Assembly: GCA_016930635.1 (NCBI GenBank)
Contig: JAFGGI010000047.1
Coordinates: 27,538 to 91,537, forward strand
DNA: 64,000 nt
From: Sedimentisphaerales bacterium
GTDB taxonomy: Bacteria; Planctomycetota; Phycisphaerae; Sedimentisphaerales; UBA12454
Reading direction: 5' to 3'
The position numbers and the translations under genes were made by a program. This document shows, piece by piece, positions 34,129-43,328 of this stretch. How positions within the stretch are numbered: the stretch's first letter is position 1; every line of letters starts with the position of its first letter. The notes under the pieces are model-generated. The model searched no databases, was not told where the DNA came from, and was given only the letters and a program-made list of their open reading frames with translations.

Positions 34129-34584
34129 TTACTCCTGGCTCTCCAGCCTGAAAGCTGAAAGAACAAGTGTTACTAAGAATAACGACGCTGCAACTTTTAT
34201 GCCGATAAATATATTATATAGTGGTATTGCCCCGGCACTTACAAGCTCACCGGCAGACTCATACTCAACTAAGAATTTTTGTTGAATGAAATTATAAAAG
34301 AAAAATCCTGCTCCATAAATAAAGCCGCATAAAGCCAAAGCTATAAATAAGAACGCAGCAATACAATCTAATTTCGAAGCTAATGATATCGGAAGATTTT
34401 CTTCGGCATATTCTTTGCCGAACGCAAGCAGCAGAAGGATATAAGAGCCGGCAAGTATAACGCCGCCGGCAAACCCGCCGCCGGGTGTTAAATGACCGAA
34501 AAGGATAATATAGATACCGAACAAAAAGACCAGTACCTTTATCCAGCTTGCTATCGTTTTTACTATTATTGTCATACCCTTCAT
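34129..34584 (-). CDS. Mrp antiporter subunit B (MnhB domain; MbhF-like)
   Basis: It has ...HLTPGGGFAGGVILA... (the MnhB signature). A GGAAGGAGG RBS precedes it. Confidence 0.75.
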   Translation of the reverse strand: MKGMTIIVKTIASWIKVLVFLFGIYIILFGHLTPGGGFAGGVILAGSYILLLLAFGKEYAEENLPISLASKLDCIAAFLFIALALCGFIYGAGFFFYNFIQQKFLVEYESAGELVSAGAIPLYNIFIGIKVAASLFLVTLVLSAFRLESQE

Positions 34585-34669
34585 CCCGTTAGACCTCCTT
34601 CCCTACGACAAACGTCATTTTTATTTGAAGGGGTATCAGTACGAATTAATTTAAAAGTTCTAACGGGAT

Positions 34670-35224
34670 TCATAGCGGGTCCTCTTCAAACAGGAGTTTT
34701 CTGCTTTTTTTACGAAGTATCACAATTGCTCCGACTACAGAAGTAAACAGCACTGTAGCTTCACCCAGCGTATCATATACACGATAGTCAAGATAAACTG
34801 CTGTAACTATGTTTGCTGCTCCGGTGTCTTTGACGCCGTTTTCAAGATAAACCTGTGATGCAGAATCAGGTATTCTTGCAAAGGCGGCATCACCGAACGG
34901 GGGCATATCGGCAAAAATCCCGGTTCCAATTACAAAGATTAAGAACAGTATAACTACAGAAACTACCACGGCGAAAAACTCTCTGTCGCCGCTTATAAAA
35001 CTTTTTTCACGTGATATGGTAGCCCTTATCAAAATCACCAGTCCCAGCACTTCGACAACAGTTTGTGTCAGGGCAATATCTGGAGCCTTGAGGAAAAGAT
35101 ACATAACTGCTGAGCCGAAACCAACCGCACCGACGCAAATAACAGCACTGAGAAGGTTCGTTGTTTCGACGGCGATTATACCGGCGATCAGCATCAGAAC
35201 CATTAATATATAGAAAATTTCCAT
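34670..35224 (-). CDS. MrpA C-terminal-like membrane subunit (DUF4040; MbhD/E-like)
   Basis: I chose the start at MEIFYILMVLM... (35224) because it avoids overlap with the upstream gene ending at 35232. The product is hydrophobic and sits where MbhD/E would in Mrp-Mbh operons. Confidence 0.6.
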   Translation of the reverse strand: MEIFYILMVLMLIAGIIAVETTNLLSAVICVGAVGFGSAVMYLFLKAPDIALTQTVVEVLGLVILIRATISREKSFISGDREFFAVVVSVVILFLIFVIGTGIFADMPPFGDAAFARIPDSASQVYLENGVKDTGAANIVTAVYLDYRVYDTLGEATVLFTSVVGAIVILRKKSRKLLFEEDPL

Positions 35225-35231
35225 AACAGTC

Positions 35232-37100
35232 TTACCAGATTTCACATAAAATAAATAATAGCACAAGCAAACCGATTGTTACCCAGTTCATATATATTGG
35301 CAGAATACCATTATGCAGCCATTTCAACATGTTAGTTAATCCGCTGCCGCTTTTGCCGGCCTGAGTATAAGGGTCAAACACCTCTTTTTCCTGCCAGGAA
35401 TAAAGCTGTTTAAGACCTTCAAGAGAAGATACCGTTTTATAAAAAGCAGTTCCCGGTATTATCATCGAATCATTCGGCTGAATTTCACCACAGGTCCATG
35501 TCGGAACTTTTCTTGCTTTTTTACCGATGCTTACAGCGGCAATTATTACAGCGCCGACGCACAAGCCGATCATAAGCATTAACGTTGCAAAGGACGAATC
35601 CCAAAAACCGAGAACCTGCAAATCTCCTTTAAATCCAAGTGCAGGATAAATAAATATCTTCAAAGGCAATGTATAAAGTATGCCGAAAATCACGCATAGG
35701 GCCGCAAGTATCATCATAGGCACAAACTTGAAAGCAGATACTTCCTTTGTTTCCCTTAATGCATCAGGCATACGGGACAGGAATACAGAATGAAGGATTT
35801 TTACAAACGAGGCAAGGGTCAGAGCGCTTGCGAACATTGCTGTCACAAGCCACAATGGCCAAAGTATTGCAGCAGTGGTTGTTGTGTCTTTGCCCATTTG
35901 AATTATGCCCTGATACACGAGCCATTTCGATGCGAAGCCGTTAAAAGGCAAAACGCCTGAAATACTCATCGCCGCTATGAAGCAGGCCATAAATGTCAGC
36001 GGCATTTTTTTGCCCAACCCGCCGAGTTGTTCGAGTTCAGCGGTGCCGGTACTTTCTTCAACAGCGCCGCCGCAGAGGAACAGGCAGGATTTATATATCG
36101 AGTGGTTCAGCATATGGAAAAGTCCGCCTGCCAGACCTATAGGATTCATCGTTGCAATGCCGAGAACCATATATCCTACCTGGCTGATAGCGTGATAAGC
36201 GAACAGCTTTTTTATATTATGCTGAACCATCGCGATCATCACAGCTATCAATACCGTTGCTGCTCCGATTATTGCCAGGACAAGTCTCAGGTCCCAGGCT
36301 ACCATTGCAAATAATCCCTTTTGCGGCAGAACAAGCACAACAAGTAAATAGATACCGAGAAGCTTATCGATAGAAGCGGGCAATATCGCCATCACCGCGG
36401 CATTACTGTACTGGCCGCTTGTGGGCAGCCAGGTATGTAACGGAAATGCTCCTGCCTTAGTAAGGGCTGCGACCGCCATAAGCAAAAATGCTGCTATCGC
36501 CAGCGGCTCATTTTCCGTGATAGCAATATGAGACATCTGGAATGTCCCGCATATCTTATAAGTAAATAATATTCCCAATAGTAATGCCCCGTCGCTTGCC
36601 CCAAGCATCGCAAAAGTCTTTGTAGCGGCAAAGTTCGATTTTTCCTGGCCGGTGGTTATCATAAGATATAGTGCGACAGTAACAATCTCCCAGAAGAACA
36701 GCAGTACAAGAAGGTGGTCAGCCAGGAGAACGCCAATAGAGCCGCCTGCCGTCAGCATTATCGCGCCGTAGAAGATATTTGCAGCCTTGTTGTCCATAGA
36801 CGATTTGACCGAGTAGATTGCGATCAAAGAGGTAAAACCTGCGGCAAATAGTATCATAAATGACGACAGCGATGTGTTTCTGAGCAATAAATCAAAACTG
36901 ATTTCTTGTATATTGAAAATAGGCACACTGTAGCTTAGAGTCTTATCCTGGAAAATACCAACTGCCCCGAGAAAGACCAATGCGGTGACCAGCAGTGTCA
37001 AAGGAGCTGTAAAATACCTCAAAGCCCTGGGCAGGAACAACGTTATAAAGCCCAGAACTATTGGAGCAAAAACAATAATAGGCAGTAATTCGTTACTCAA
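35232..37100 (-). CDS. NuoL/MrpA-like proton-translocating membrane subunit
   Basis: A 622-aa polytopic protein with ...LFAYHAISQVGYMVLG... and ...GGLFHMLNHSIYKSCLFL.... It overlaps the large-subunit gene by 8 nt. Confidence 0.85.
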   Translation of the reverse strand: MSNELLPIIVFAPIVLGFITLFLPRALRYFTAPLTLLVTALVFLGAVGIFQDKTLSYSVPIFNIQEISFDLLLRNTSLSSFMILFAAGFTSLIAIYSVKSSMDNKAANIFYGAIMLTAGGSIGVLLADHLLVLLFFWEIVTVALYLMITTGQEKSNFAATKTFAMLGASDGALLLGILFTYKICGTFQMSHIAITENEPLAIAAFLLMAVAALTKAGAFPLHTWLPTSGQYSNAAVMAILPASIDKLLGIYLLVVLVLPQKGLFAMVAWDLRLVLAIIGAATVLIAVMIAMVQHNIKKLFAYHAISQVGYMVLGIATMNPIGLAGGLFHMLNHSIYKSCLFLCGGAVEESTGTAELEQLGGLGKKMPLTFMACFIAAMSISGVLPFNGFASKWLVYQGIIQMGKDTTTTAAILWPLWLVTAMFASALTLASFVKILHSVFLSRMPDALRETKEVSAFKFVPMMILAALCVIFGILYTLPLKIFIYPALGFKGDLQVLGFWDSSFATLMLMIGLCVGAVIIAAVSIGKKARKVPTWTCGEIQPNDSMIIPGTAFYKTVSSLEGLKQLYSWQEKEVFDPYTQAGKSGSGLTNMLKWLHNGILPIYMNWVTIGLLVLLFILCEIW

Positions 37101-38307
37101 ATTTAAATCCTTCTTTATATCCCATCTGTTTTTTCATTTGTTCTGTCCTGGCCCGGCTCAATCTCAAAAGCTCTTTGCCGTCGCATATGACTTTATCATT
37201 ACGGCCAACCACTGCCAAACGTTCGGTACAGCTATAGCACGGGTCGACAGAGGCAAGCGTAATTGTCGCATCAGAGATATTTGCACCTACGCATGATGCC
37301 TTGAATGACGGCACGTTTACATAGCTTGGAGCCCTGACCTTATGCCTTACAGGCCTGTTTCCGCCGTCGCTTCTTACATAATGGAAAGTCTCACCCCTCG
37401 GTGCTTCAGTATGCCCCATTGCTTCGCCGGGAGGGATTTCTTTGACTTCGACTGCGATAGGTCCGCCGGGCAGTTTCTTCAGTGCTTGGCGGGTAATTTT
37501 TATAGCTTCCATTGTTTCAAGCAGCCTTACGACGGCCTTTGCAAATACATCACCTTCGGGTTGTACGATAACATTCCAGTCGAGCTCGCCGTAAGCGGCA
37601 TAAACATCATCCCTGCGAACATCAATCGGAACACCACTGCCCCTGGCGGTCGGGCCTGTAACGGCGTATTTGATAGCATCTTCATATGTAAGGACGCCCA
37701 CACCTTTAAGCCTTGCCTGCAAAATAGGGTCGTCAAGCACAGCTTTTATAAGCATATCCATTTTCTTCTCGATTTCATCAAGCTCCTTAAGAATTTCAGG
37801 TATCATCGAATCATCAATATCCTCTCTGCAGCCGCCGACTTTTACATTGCCGTAGTTGTTCCGGTTGCCGGTGATTTTTTCAAGGATATCGAGAATCGGC
37901 TCGCGATATTTCCATGCCCACATAAAGACGGTATCATATCCAATGAAATGGCCCGCCAGGCCTACCCAGAGGACATGGCTGTGGATACGCTCAAGCTCGT
38001 TAATGATTGTTCTTACATACCTTGCTCTGTCAGGTACTGTTACGCCTGCCAATTCCTCGACAGCCTGGACAAAGGCGAGCGGGTGCGAAGCAGAGCAAAT
38101 CCCGCATATTCGTGAAATAAGATACGGTACCTGGTCGAACTGCAAAGTCTCGCTGATTCCTTCAATGCCCCTGTGGTTGAAGCCGATTCGAACATCGATA
38201 TCAGTTACAATTTCGCCGTCAACAGTAAGCTGGAAAAACTCCATTTCTTCCTGCAGCGGATGAAGCGGCCCGATAGCCAAAACAGGTTTTTTAGGTGATA
38301 TTTTCAT
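37093..38307 (-). CDS. group 4 membrane-bound [NiFe] hydrogenase large subunit (MbhL/EchE/HycE/NuoD-like)
   Basis: Both Ni-Fe ligand motifs are present: N-terminal ...RICGICSASH... and C-terminal ...DPCYSCTER.... A roughly 40-aa extension follows, consistent with processing by the endopeptidase encoded at 30001. Confidence 0.9.
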   Translation of the reverse strand: MKISPKKPVLAIGPLHPLQEEMEFFQLTVDGEIVTDIDVRIGFNHRGIEGISETLQFDQVPYLISRICGICSASHPLAFVQAVEELAGVTVPDRARYVRTIINELERIHSHVLWVGLAGHFIGYDTVFMWAWKYREPILDILEKITGNRNNYGNVKVGGCREDIDDSMIPEILKELDEIEKKMDMLIKAVLDDPILQARLKGVGVLTYEDAIKYAVTGPTARGSGVPIDVRRDDVYAAYGELDWNVIVQPEGDVFAKAVVRLLETMEAIKITRQALKKLPGGPIAVEVKEIPPGEAMGHTEAPRGETFHYVRSDGGNRPVRHKVRAPSYVNVPSFKASCVGANISDATITLASVDPCYSCTERLAVVGRNDKVICDGKELLRLSRARTEQMKKQMGYKEGFKFE

Positions 38308-38756
38308 CTTAATTTCTTGAATTCATAATCTTTTTTTAACGGGCATATACCTTGAGGCCAATCATCGGCCAAAATAAGCCTTTTCATATTCGGATGATTA
38401 TTAAACTCTATTCCGAAGGTATCGTGCATTTCTCTTTCGATCCACTCGGCGCCCGGGATGATCGGTGTTATGGACTCTATCAGCGGCTTATTGCGGTCAC
38501 GGATAAAGGCCTTTACGTTTATAAATGTGCTGAGCTGATCGTATGCGAAATGATGTATAACTTCATAGCAGTTATCTGCATCAATAGCTGTAGAAATCAC
38601 AAACCTTGCTTTTACGTCCTCGAAGAGGAATTTACATATGTTATAAACTTTTTCCGCTTCACAGGAGAGGTAAACCCTTGTAGGTGCAGTCTCTTCTATC
38701 TTTATCAGTTGATCTGATATTGAATTAATCTTATTTTTCAGTTCTTCAAGATTCAT
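38304..38756 (-). CDS. NuoC-like hydrogenase subunit (MbhK-like)
   Basis: 150 aa with ...IPGAEWIEREMHDTFGIEF..., typical of the 30-kDa NuoC family. Confidence 0.8.
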   Translation of the reverse strand: MNLEELKNKINSISDQLIKIEETAPTRVYLSCEAEKVYNICKFLFEDVKARFVISTAIDADNCYEVIHHFAYDQLSTFINVKAFIRDRNKPLIESITPIIPGAEWIEREMHDTFGIEFNNHPNMKRLILADDWPQGICPLKKDYEFKKLR

Positions 38757-39191
38757 TTAAATTGCCTTTAGAGCAGCTACAATTCCTGATATCATCGCTT
38801 CCGGCTTGGGCGGACATCCCGGTACGTAGGCGATTATCGCATTAGGATCGATTTCTTTAATTACTTTATCTACAGGACCTACCATATGATAGCCCGGCAT
38901 AAAAATACCGCTGTCACACGCACAGGCGCCGATAGCAAAAACCACACAGGGTTTTGCCGCCTGGCGATATGCTTCCTGCAGCCGCGGCTTGGCCTGGGCG
39001 GTTACAGCGCCGGTAACCAAAAGGGCATCAGCGTGACGCGGAGAACCGACAAGCTTTACGCCTAAACGTTCTACATCGAAGCGGGGCGTCAGACAATCGA
39101 CGATCTCTATATCGCAGTTATTGCATGCCCCTGTGTTGACGTGGAACACCCAGGGCGATTTCTTCAATCCGTATTTCATCCAAAAACTCAT
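38757..39191 (-). CDS. NuoB-like [NiFe] hydrogenase small subunit (MbhJ-like)
   Basis: Cys ligands lie in ...GACNNCDIE..., ...IGACACDSG... and ...VPGCPPKPE.... Confidence 0.85.
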   Translation of the reverse strand: MSFWMKYGLKKSPWVFHVNTGACNNCDIEIVDCLTPRFDVERLGVKLVGSPRHADALLVTGAVTAQAKPRLQEAYRQAAKPCVVFAIGACACDSGIFMPGYHMVGPVDKVIKEIDPNAIIAYVPGCPPKPEAMISGIVAALKAI

Positions 39192-39200
39192 ATCTTGTTC

Positions 39201-40148
39201 CTATAGCCAGCCGATACCGAGAAAATTACCAACAACAGCAAGAACCAAAGCGATAATCAGTATAGGCGAACAATAATACCAGAAGAATTTCATTATCTGG
39301 TCAATCCTCATACGCGGATTGGTATTCTTGATAAGTATTAATAGAACGACAACCACAACATATTTTATGATTCCTAAAATTATAGAGTCAAACCCGCCTA
39401 AGAACAACTCGACTACGAACACGGGCAATGCTACCAGCAGCATCGCGTGTTCCAATGTCCACATCGCAAGCAGGGGGCCCGAATATTCGATTATAACTCC
39501 ACCTGCTAGTTCCGTTTCAGCCTCTGCTACATCAAAAGGCACAAGCCCGAGTTTTGCCTGAATACATAAAATAGATACTAAAAAGGCCAAACATCCGGAA
39601 ATGCTCATTATGGGCTTAAGCCCGGACAACGCCGCCAGTGAAAGAAGCTGGGACTGTTCGATTTGGCCGCTTGCTTTGATAAGGACAATGGTAAAGGCCA
39701 ACAGCAGCGGCAGCTCATACGAGATCAAAAGCTTCATCTCCCTTGCCGAACCTATCGATGCATGCGGGCTGGCGCTGGCAGATGCTCCGAGTATCAAAGC
39801 AAGGGAGGGCATTGCCAGTAAATAGAGTACTACGATAACATCGCCTGCAAAATAGCCTTCCTTTTGCAATGCGATCCTAAGCAGCATTGTTGACAGCAGT
39901 ATAACTGAACTTAACGCAACCAGCGGGGCCAAGCAGAAAACAAAGCCGTTTGCCTCTTCGGGAATTGTCTGCTCCTTACCCAGAAGTTTTATAACATCAT
40001 AGAAAGGCTGCATAAAAGGCGGGCCGACGCGGTATTGAACTTTCGCGCTGACCTTGCGGACTATCCAGCTTGCAACGAGTCCTACGACCGCTGTAAGCAA
40101 AAAGCCTAAAAGTAAAAGTTCAATAATACTTTGACCTAAACTATTCAT
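39201..40148 (-). CDS. NuoH-like membrane subunit (MbhM/HycD/EchB-like)
   Basis: A 315-aa polytopic protein with ...VQYRVGPPFMQPFYDVIKL..., typical of the NuoH family. Confidence 0.8.
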   Translation of the reverse strand: MNSLGQSIIELLLLGFLLTAVVGLVASWIVRKVSAKVQYRVGPPFMQPFYDVIKLLGKEQTIPEEANGFVFCLAPLVALSSVILLSTMLLRIALQKEGYFAGDVIVVLYLLAMPSLALILGASASASPHASIGSAREMKLLISYELPLLLAFTIVLIKASGQIEQSQLLSLAALSGLKPIMSISGCLAFLVSILCIQAKLGLVPFDVAEAETELAGGVIIEYSGPLLAMWTLEHAMLLVALPVFVVELFLGGFDSIILGIIKYVVVVVLLILIKNTNPRMRIDQIMKFFWYYCSPILIIALVLAVVGNFLGIGWL

Positions 40149-40678
40149 CCGGACGCCTCATTTTTCTTCGGCAGAAACGGCTCCCAAAGGTCACCGCCTG
40201 CCACCTTTACAACTACGCCATCGAAAACTTCTATCATATCCGCATTCTGTGAGACATCTACTTCGTACCAGTCCAGAGCACCGTTTTTACAGGTTCCTAC
40301 ACAGAGCGGTTTGCCGTTGCTTTCCAGCCTGTCCCTGCACAGATCGCAGACATCATCGACAAATTGTATAAGTTCGGTATAAACCGTGCCGAAAGGACAG
40401 GCTATCGCACATGTCCCGCAGCCGGTACAGAGCATATCAGCTCTTTTGAGTATCTTTTCGCCGTCGCCCCGGCCGGAGTCAATCTTTTCTAAAGCATTTC
40501 TGGGACAAGCTTTTATACACGGAGCTGTTTCACATTTCCGGCAGATAAGGGCAAAGCGGATTTTCTCGAGCAGGGCCTTTACACCATTATTTTCAGGATG
40601 GTGCTTATACGAACATTGCGTATCGCACTGAGCACAATCTTTGCATTTCATCAGGTCTATTATCAGTTTTGCTGCCAT
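40145..40678 (-). CDS. multi-[4Fe-4S] ferredoxin-like electron-transfer subunit (HycB/HydN-like)
   Basis: Four Cys clusters: CKDCAQCDTQC, CRKCETAPCIKACP, CTGCGTCAIACP and CDLC...CVGTC. Confidence 0.75.
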   Translation of the reverse strand: MAAKLIIDLMKCKDCAQCDTQCSYKHHPENNGVKALLEKIRFALICRKCETAPCIKACPRNALEKIDSGRGDGEKILKRADMLCTGCGTCAIACPFGTVYTELIQFVDDVCDLCRDRLESNGKPLCVGTCKNGALDWYEVDVSQNADMIEVFDGVVVKVAGGDLWEPFLPKKNEASG

Positions 40679-40679
40679 A

Positions 40680-41507
40680 TCATTCCCAGATCTTCGGGTA
40701 ATCCTTTATCTGATCATAAGTAAATACAGGCCCATCCTTACAGACGTAATATTTTCCAATCATACAATGGCCGCACATGCCTATTCCACAACTCATATTC
40801 TTTTCCATTGAAAGGTATATCTGCTCCGCCTTGAAACCGAATTCGAGCAGCTTCAAAGTTACGAATTTCATCATTATCGGCGGCCCGCAGACAACCGCAA
40901 CAGAGTTATTGATTTTCACATCATCCGGGCTCAATATCGTCGTTACAACACCAACATTATGTTTCCACTGGTCATTACCTTGATCAGCAGTAAGTTTCAT
41001 ATTGACGCCATCGATATTCGGCCATTCGTTGAATGTTGTATGTTTATAGATAAAATCTTCCGGCGTTCTGGCGCCATATCTGCATACGATGCCGGCAAAA
41101 TCATTCTTTCTTTCCACAAGTGCCAGAAACAGAGAGCGAATCGGGGCGAGCCCGACACCGCCGCCGACTATATAAACCTGCTTGCCGGCAAATTTATCCA
41201 GCGGATAACCATTACCCAATGGCCCGCGAATACCCAACGTAGTGCCTTTTGGTATATCATGCAATTGCCCGGTTACCCTGCCTGCCTTCATAATGCTGAT
41301 TTCCATTGTTTCCTTCTGTGATGGTGAAGAAGAAGGTGTAAAAGGGGCCTCGCCGCTGCCCGGCAGTGTCAACTCGACAAACTGCCCAGCCTTAAACGGT
41401 ATGGGCTCGGCGGGTTTGAGCACAAAGCTCTTTATCGTCGGCGATTCATCGATAATATCGATGACCTCGGCGTCTATAGGCTTATATGGATTTTTGTGCT
41501 GTGTCAT
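40680..41507 (-). CDS. FAD/NAD(P)H-binding [2Fe-2S] oxidoreductase subunit (HydG/AsrB/PyrK-like)
   Basis: A ferredoxin-reductase-type fold with the NAD(P) motif ...VYIVGGGVGLAPI.... The C-terminal cluster motif is ...CGIGMCGHCMIGKYYVC.... Confidence 0.8.
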   Translation of the reverse strand: MTQHKNPYKPIDAEVIDIIDESPTIKSFVLKPAEPIPFKAGQFVELTLPGSGEAPFTPSSSPSQKETMEISIMKAGRVTGQLHDIPKGTTLGIRGPLGNGYPLDKFAGKQVYIVGGGVGLAPIRSLFLALVERKNDFAGIVCRYGARTPEDFIYKHTTFNEWPNIDGVNMKLTADQGNDQWKHNVGVVTTILSPDDVKINNSVAVVCGPPIMMKFVTLKLLEFGFKAEQIYLSMEKNMSCGIGMCGHCMIGKYYVCKDGPVFTYDQIKDYPKIWE

Positions 41508-42520
41508 TTCCTGTTCACTTCATCGTTTAATTCTCTCAGTAATCGGCGCAAATCCATTTTGCCCGATTCAGCATCAATACACCTGCCGCAGCCTACGCAC
41601 ATATTAATGCCGTATCGCTGCAGATAATATGAAAATTTATGCAGCAGACGGTGTTTTATCCGTTCGCTGATTGCTTTTCTCGGGTTCTCACCTCCTGCCA
41701 CAGCGGCATAGCTCATTCTCATACAACTGTCCCACATCTTCATCTTGCCGTAATAGTCCTTAAGCTTTGTATCCTGCAGATAGAAGCAGTGGCAGGTAGG
41801 ACAGACCCTTGTACAGGCCTGGCATTCCACGCATCCTTCGGCTTGGGCGGTATAAAGCTGTTCGCCGTCAGCACCTTCGACAATTTCCTGAACAGGTCTG
41901 TCGAGCTTGAATTTGGCATTATTCTCAGCAAGAATCTGGTCAGCTTTTTTACGGTTTTCATCGCGCTGAGCTATCTGCCCCGGCTGGACCTGGGCAAAAT
42001 GTGCTTTGGCGAGAAAATCATTTCCTGTATCTGAACCTGACTCGACTAAAAAACCGCCTTCGACAGGTGAAACATTCATATCAAAGCCTTTTTCTGCCCA
42101 GCTTTTACCGCCGAAAAGATAGCAGAAACAGTTCTCTGCAGGTTCGGTGCAGTCCGAAGCGATGATAAACATCTTTTCACGCCTGCTTATATACAGCGGG
42201 TCCTTGAAATCATCTTCTTTGAAGACATTATCGAGGATTTCTATTGAACGCAGGTCACAGTCCTTAAGACCAAAGACCGCAAAAGGCTTTACCTCAAACT
42301 GGTCTTCTTCCTGCGGGAAAACCGCGGCAAGCTCGCGTATCGGAAAGAGAAATTCTTTTATAGGTGTGCAAACACGGACTTCGTTGAATACAGCTTCCTC
42401 GTCCGGACGGTAGAGTTTATAGACATAATGGGCGCCGGCGTTTTTGGGAATGTACAATTCCCTCTCAGCCGAAACGGCGTCGAATAAAGCCTTCAGGTTT
42501 TCAACAAAAACAGTTCCCAT
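41504..42520 (-). CDS. Fe-S subunit (HydB/AsrA-like) partner of the NAD(P)H oxidoreductase
   Basis: Motifs: ...CVECQACTRVCPTCHCF... and ...CVGCGRCIDA.... It overlaps the HydG-like gene by 4 nt. Confidence 0.7.
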   Translation of the reverse strand: MGTVFVENLKALFDAVSAERELYIPKNAGAHYVYKLYRPDEEAVFNEVRVCTPIKEFLFPIRELAAVFPQEEDQFEVKPFAVFGLKDCDLRSIEILDNVFKEDDFKDPLYISRREKMFIIASDCTEPAENCFCYLFGGKSWAEKGFDMNVSPVEGGFLVESGSDTGNDFLAKAHFAQVQPGQIAQRDENRKKADQILAENNAKFKLDRPVQEIVEGADGEQLYTAQAEGCVECQACTRVCPTCHCFYLQDTKLKDYYGKMKMWDSCMRMSYAAVAGGENPRKAISERIKHRLLHKFSYYLQRYGINMCVGCGRCIDAESGKMDLRRLLRELNDEVNRK

Positions 42521-42543
42521 CTGTCTGTCCTGACAATTTTTAT

Positions 42544-43167
42544 TTATGCCGAACGCAAATAATAAGACAGAGTCGCAAGGTCCATTGCAATATCGATGTT
42601 GATTACTTTAACCTTCTTAGGCGTAGTCAAAGTGCAGGGTGCGAAATTCAGTATACCGTTGACTCCTGCCTTTACAAGTTTATTAGTAACGTCTTGTGCA
42701 GCATCCGCAGGTGTTGCAACAATCGCAAGTTTTATATTTTTTTTCTTAAGGGAATTAATTTGTGAAGCATTTTTTATAGTAAGATTGCCTATTTTCTTGC
42801 CTATCTTACGCTTGTCATTATCTATTGCACAGGTAATCTTGAAATTATAGCTTCCAAAACCGGGGTAACTTAAAACGGCTGAACCGAGTCTTCCTGCTCC
42901 TACAAGGGCAACCTGTCTTGTAGATTCCAGTTTGAGTATTCTTTTTATCTCTTTTATTAGTTTTTTGACGTCATACCCTTTGCCCCTGACGCCGAAATCG
43001 CCGAAATACGAAAAATCCTTCCTTATCTGGGAATCTGGGATATGTACGAGGTCTGAGAAATTATGGCTTGAAACGTTTGTGCAGTCTTTCTGGCAAAGCA
43101 GCATTAGCTGCCGCAGATAAACGGGCAGTCGCCTGATTGTTTCCTCCGGTATTTTGTGGTACCGCAT
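42544..43167 (-). CDS. rex: redox-sensing transcriptional repressor Rex
   Basis: The N-terminal winged helix is ...IPEETIRRLPVYLRQL.... The Rossmann motif is ...VALVGAGRLGSAVL.... It lies 23 nt upstream of the hydrogenase operon on the same strand. Confidence 0.85.
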   Translation of the reverse strand: MRYHKIPEETIRRLPVYLRQLMLLCQKDCTNVSSHNFSDLVHIPDSQIRKDFSYFGDFGVRGKGYDVKKLIKEIKRILKLESTRQVALVGAGRLGSAVLSYPGFGSYNFKITCAIDNDKRKIGKKIGNLTIKNASQINSLKKKNIKLAIVATPADAAQDVTNKLVKAGVNGILNFAPCTLTTPKKVKVINIDIAMDLATLSYYLRSA

Positions 43168-43189
43168 AGGGCCAACCCTTACCTAAAGC

Positions 43190-43207
43190 TTGTGTTCACA
43201 TTCACAA
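43190..43207 (-). promoter_or_regulatory. Rex operator-like inverted repeat
   Basis: The minus strand reads TTGTGAATGTGAACACAA. The Rex consensus as I recall it is TTGTGAA-N4-TTCACAA. The left half is perfect and the right half has 2 mismatches. It lies 23 nt upstream of the rex start. Confidence 0.55.
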
Positions 43208-43328
43208 ACTCAACTTATAGTAAGATTAAGATATTTATGGGTATAGTCAAGTGTATTTTTGAGAAATTGCGAAAAAACAGCCGTGCAGTTTACCTATATT
43301 CACATAGGAAAATGCTCATTTGATTATT

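Noticed and set aside
34585-34669. 8-bp inverted repeat CCCGTTAG...CTAACGGG spanning the only sizeable gap inside the hydrogenase operon
   Set aside because: The arms are about 70 nt apart with no supporting inner structure. The gap is adequately explained by the strong GGAAGGAGG RBS region of the next gene.
37342-38115. 257-aa plus-strand ORF, plus many 60-135-aa ORFs, antisense to the hydrogenase/Mrp operon
   Set aside because: They are antisense to genes with unambiguous catalytic motifs and have no RBS or motif of their own. This is typical of shadow frames.
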